DNA of 20,615 nt, taken from assembly GCA_031409655.1 (NCBI GenBank), contig JANNXQ010000116.1, positions 1-20,615 on the forward strand, in the 5' to 3' direction. Source of the stretch: Chthoniobacteraceae bacterium. GTDB taxonomy: Bacteria; Verrucomicrobiota; Verrucomicrobiia; Chthoniobacterales; Chthoniobacteraceae. Both the position numbers and the translations under genes were made by a program. Of the stretch, positions 18,255 through 20,615 are shown in pieces (the stretch's first letter is position 1; each line of letters starts with the position of its first letter). A model generated the notes under the pieces. That model saw only the letters and a list, made by a program, of their open reading frames with translations, was not told where the DNA came from and ran no database searches.

Positions 18255-19489
18255 TTTCCGGCCTTGCCTCCGCTTGGGGTATTGCGGCCGACCGCCGCGT
18301 CGTAGCGGACGCGGGCGAGGTGATAGTCGCGCAGCGCATCCACGCGGCGCTGCGCGAGCTCGAGCCGGCGCGCGCGGGCGCGCAGCACTTCGGTGAGCGG
18401 CGTTTGGCCGGTGCCGTAGGAATTGCGGAGCTGCTCCTCGACCTGCGCGGCTATCGGCAGCAGTCCGCCGTCCATTTCGGCGACGAGCTTGGCGAGTGCG
18501 ACCATTTCACCGCGCGCGGCTTCGGCCTCGCTGCGAATGGTCAGCGCGAGGGCATCGGTTTCTAATGCGGCGCGGGTCGCTGCCGCCGTTGCCTCCGCGA
18601 CGCGACCTTCGTTCCGGTTCCACAACGGGAGAGGCAGACTGAAGCGGAAGCCGAGAAAGTAGTCGTTCGAGAAACCCTCCGGCGCGTCTTCCGTGCGCTC
18701 GCCGCTGGCCGTGAGACCAACGCCGATGTCCTCCCACTTCTGCGCCTTTGCCAGTCCGACCGCCTGCCGAGCCGCTTCCGTGCTGTGGCGCGCGGCCTCG
18801 AGATCGGCCCGATTCTCAGCGCCCGCGCCCTTGGAGGGGAGCGCGGCCGGCGCGGAGAGTGTCCCGGTAATTTCCACCGCCGCGCCCGCGTCCACACCGA
18901 GCAGGGGCCGCAGCTCCCCGAGCAGCGAGGCGCGCTGGGTTTCGAGCTGGAGCAATTCGACGGTGAGCTGCCGCGTCTCCAATTCAATCATCGCGGCATC
19001 GACCGCGGAGGCTTCACCCGCCGCGACCCGCTTGCCGATGAACTCGGATTGCTCTCGGCTATTGGTGAGCTGCTGCTGGCGGAGTTCACGCTGCGAGCGC
19101 ACAGCCACGAGTTCCACCGCCGCTACCCTCACCTCGGCAGCCAGCTTGCGCCCCGCATCGCGCACCTCGGCCTCGGCGGCGGCGAGCTGCGCCTGGGACA
19201 CGGCCTTCTCCAGCCGCAGTCGCGAGGTCAGCGGAAACCGCTGCATGAACTCCAGCCGCAGTCCGCGCTCGGGTGCGCGGACATTTTGCCCAAACTCGAC
19301 TTCCAGCTCGGGATTCTTGAGCCGACCCGAACCGAGCACCCGCCCGCGGGCCTCGTCGATGCGGAGCTTCGCCGCTGCGAGCGTCTGATTGTGCGCGAGC
19401 GCATAGTCTGGCGCGCGGTCGAGCGTGAGCGTCACCGCGCCGGCGGTGGCGGTGATGAGTGATAGGATGAAAATGAAAAGTCGGAGCAT
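18251..19489 (-). CDS. TolC/CzcC-family outer membrane efflux protein
   Basis: Start at ATG 19489 (MLRLFIFILS...), giving 412 aa. Motifs ALAHNQTL, NPELEV, SLPLPLWNRNEG and YGTGQTPLTEVLRA, with the two-repeat OEP organisation. Confidence 0.92.
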   Translation of the reverse strand: MLRLFIFILSLITATAGAVTLTLDRAPDYALAHNQTLAAAKLRIDEARGRVLGSGRLKNPELEVEFGQNVRAPERGLRLEFMQRFPLTSRLRLEKAVSQAQLAAAEAEVRDAGRKLAAEVRVAAVELVAVRSQRELRQQQLTNSREQSEFIGKRVAAGEASAVDAAMIELETRQLTVELLQLETQRASLLGELRPLLGVDAGAAVEITGTLSAPAALPSKGAGAENRADLEAARHSTEAARQAVGLAKAQKWEDIGVGLTASGERTEDAPEGFSNDYFLGFRFSLPLPLWNRNEGRVAEATAAATRAALETDALALTIRSEAEAARGEMVALAKLVAEMDGGLLPIAAQVEEQLRNSYGTGQTPLTEVLRARARRLELAQRRVDALRDYHLARVRYDAAVGRNTPSGGKAGK

Positions 19490-19579
19490 GATGGGTCGCA
19501 GCGGAAAGGTTTTGGAGTAGAGCACCCGTGAGGAGTGCCGCGGAGCCACGCGGGCGCGAAGATGCGCCGTGTGGACACG

Positions 19580-19609
19580 AAAAAACGTCAGACCCGAATG
19601 GGTCGGACG
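19580..19609 (-). terminator. Intrinsic-terminator-like hairpin between the leader ORF and tolC (possible attenuator)
   Basis: Minus strand CGTCCGACCC-ATTC-GGGTCTGACG (9/10 bp) followed directly by TTTTTT. It starts at the base after the TAA of ORF 19610-20026. Confidence 0.7.
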
Positions 19610-20026
19610 TTACGCTGCGAGCGAAGGACCGCGCACCTGAAGCGCGGTTTGAACCACAAAAAGCCAGCCGGACATTCGTGTATCCGGCGGCGAATCTCCG
19701 ACCACTGAATGCTCGTGCGGCACCTCAGCCCCACGCAGCAAAGCCACGAGTTCAGCCAGCAATCGGTCGTAGATCGGCACCCACTGCGGCGCGAGAAGCT
19801 GCTGCTCGGCTGCCTTGGCGAACTGCGCCGTCGTCGTCACCCCGAGGTCGTGATGATGCTCGTCCTCGCTGGGCGAAGGTGTGTCATCGTGATGATGATC
19901 ACCGTGCTCCGCCTCCTCGAAATGCGCACCGAAAACCTCCCCGCCATGCTCCAGCGCAACGTGCGCGCCGGCACAGAGCCAGGCGAGCAGCATGAGCGCC
20001 GCGATGAGTTGGCGAGTTAGTTTCAC
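19610..20026 (-). CDS. His-rich exported leader protein (CzcI/CruR-like architecture) with a C-terminal RGPS motif; putative regulatory uORF
   Basis: 138 aa, GTG start. N-terminal hydrophobic segment, 12 His including two HHH runs in an acidic linker, and C-terminus WLFVVQTALQVRGPSLAA. Confidence 0.8.
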   Translation of the reverse strand: MKLTRQLIAALMLLAWLCAGAHVALEHGGEVFGAHFEEAEHGDHHHDDTPSPSEDEHHHDLGVTTTAQFAKAAEQQLLAPQWVPIYDRLLAELVALLRGAEVPHEHSVVGDSPPDTRMSGWLFVVQTALQVRGPSLAA

Positions 20027-20152
20027 GAGTTGTGGCTTATCGGCGGGACTCTATCGAACGGCAAGTCCTTTGATCGCGGAGCCAGAAGCAGTTTTGTACT
20101 TCGTGGTGCAGCAGCCCGCCGATGAAGCTAGGAAAAGTGAACACCTCAGCGA

Positions 20153-20615
20153 TCAGGCGATGGTGCGCTTCCTTCGGAGCGTCTTTCGCGCTTCGAGAAT
20201 GAGGAGAGGGATCGTGGAAACGGCCAGCAACATCAGGCAATCGCTGAATGAGATCAGCGAGGTCTTGAGGAACTTCGCCAGGATTGCGTTGTGATGGCTC
20301 CAGACCTGGATGCTGAACGAGATCGTGACGACGGCGAGCAGGTTGAGATTTGAGAAATGGTTCATCCGCCAAAGCGGGCGCGTCTCGCTACGGGCGCCAA
20401 AGGAGCGCAGCAACTCGGCGAAAACCAGCGCGGCAAAGGCGTGGGTGCGAGCCATCTCCGGCGTCTCGAATTTGAGCGCGTAGAGATACACCGCAAATGA
20501 GACGCCTGCGGTCAAAGCGCCGGTGAGGAACATGGTGCGAAGGAAGCCGCCATCGGTGATGCGCTCGTGTCGCGCGCGGGGCGGTTGTTTCATCACGTCG
20601 GGATCAATCGGGTCG
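20153..20615 (-). CDS. C-terminal part of a cation-transporting P-type ATPase (P2-type, Cation_ATPase_C domain); 5' part lies outside the window
   Basis: Open frame to the window edge: DPIDPDVMKQPPR, ARTHAFAALVFAELLRSFGARS, FSNLNL and LILEARK. Confidence 0.9.
   Translation of the reverse strand, partial: DPIDPDVMKQPPRARHERITDGGFLRTMFLTGALTAGVSFAVYLYALKFETPEMARTHAFAALVFAELLRSFGARSETRPLWRMNHFSNLNLLAVVTISFSIQVWSHHNAILAKFLKTSLISFSDCLMLLAVSTIPLLILEARKTLRRKRTIA

Noticed and set aside
13605..19489. Assigning cusCBA or czcCBA gene symbols
   Set aside because: The TM4 signature and adaptor architecture match neither, so symbols were left blank.
20027..20152. Known metal riboswitch (NiCo/czcD or yybP-ykoY) upstream of the efflux operon
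   Set aside because: I could not see their conserved sequence elements by eye. An Rfam scan would settle it.
1..20615. CRISPR array, tRNA, rRNA or integrase
   Set aside because: No regularly spaced repeats, structural RNA signatures or recombinase motifs were seen.

Overview
GC-rich bacterial DNA. The protein families (DUF1552, PVC-type CxxCH haem protein, secreted sulfatase) suggest a Verrucomicrobia/PVC genome; this is inference. Almost all real genes lie on the minus strand. Left part (1-9.6 kb): a frameshifted RAYT/IS200-like transposase tail, three intact secreted enzymes (FAD oxidoreductase, Cys-type sulfatase, 874-aa unknown), a REP-like palindrome, a decayed DUF1552::CxxCH-cytochrome chimera and an XRE-type HTH gene. 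Right part (9.6-20.6 kb): a heavy-metal resistance cluster. In transcription order it has the tail of a P2-type ATPase, a His-rich leader ORF ending in RGPS followed directly by a terminator-like hairpin, TolC, DUF3147, an unusual RND adaptor, an HME-RND pump, a periplasmic protein, a CorE-like Cys-rich ECF sigma factor with an ECF-type promoter, and a CopA-type P1B-1 ATPase. The best novelty candidates are a putative His-rich metal-sensing arrest-peptide/attenuator controlling the efflux operon, and an adaptor with no alpha-hairpin and a C-terminal membrane anchor. Family calls come from motif recognition only; no searches were run.
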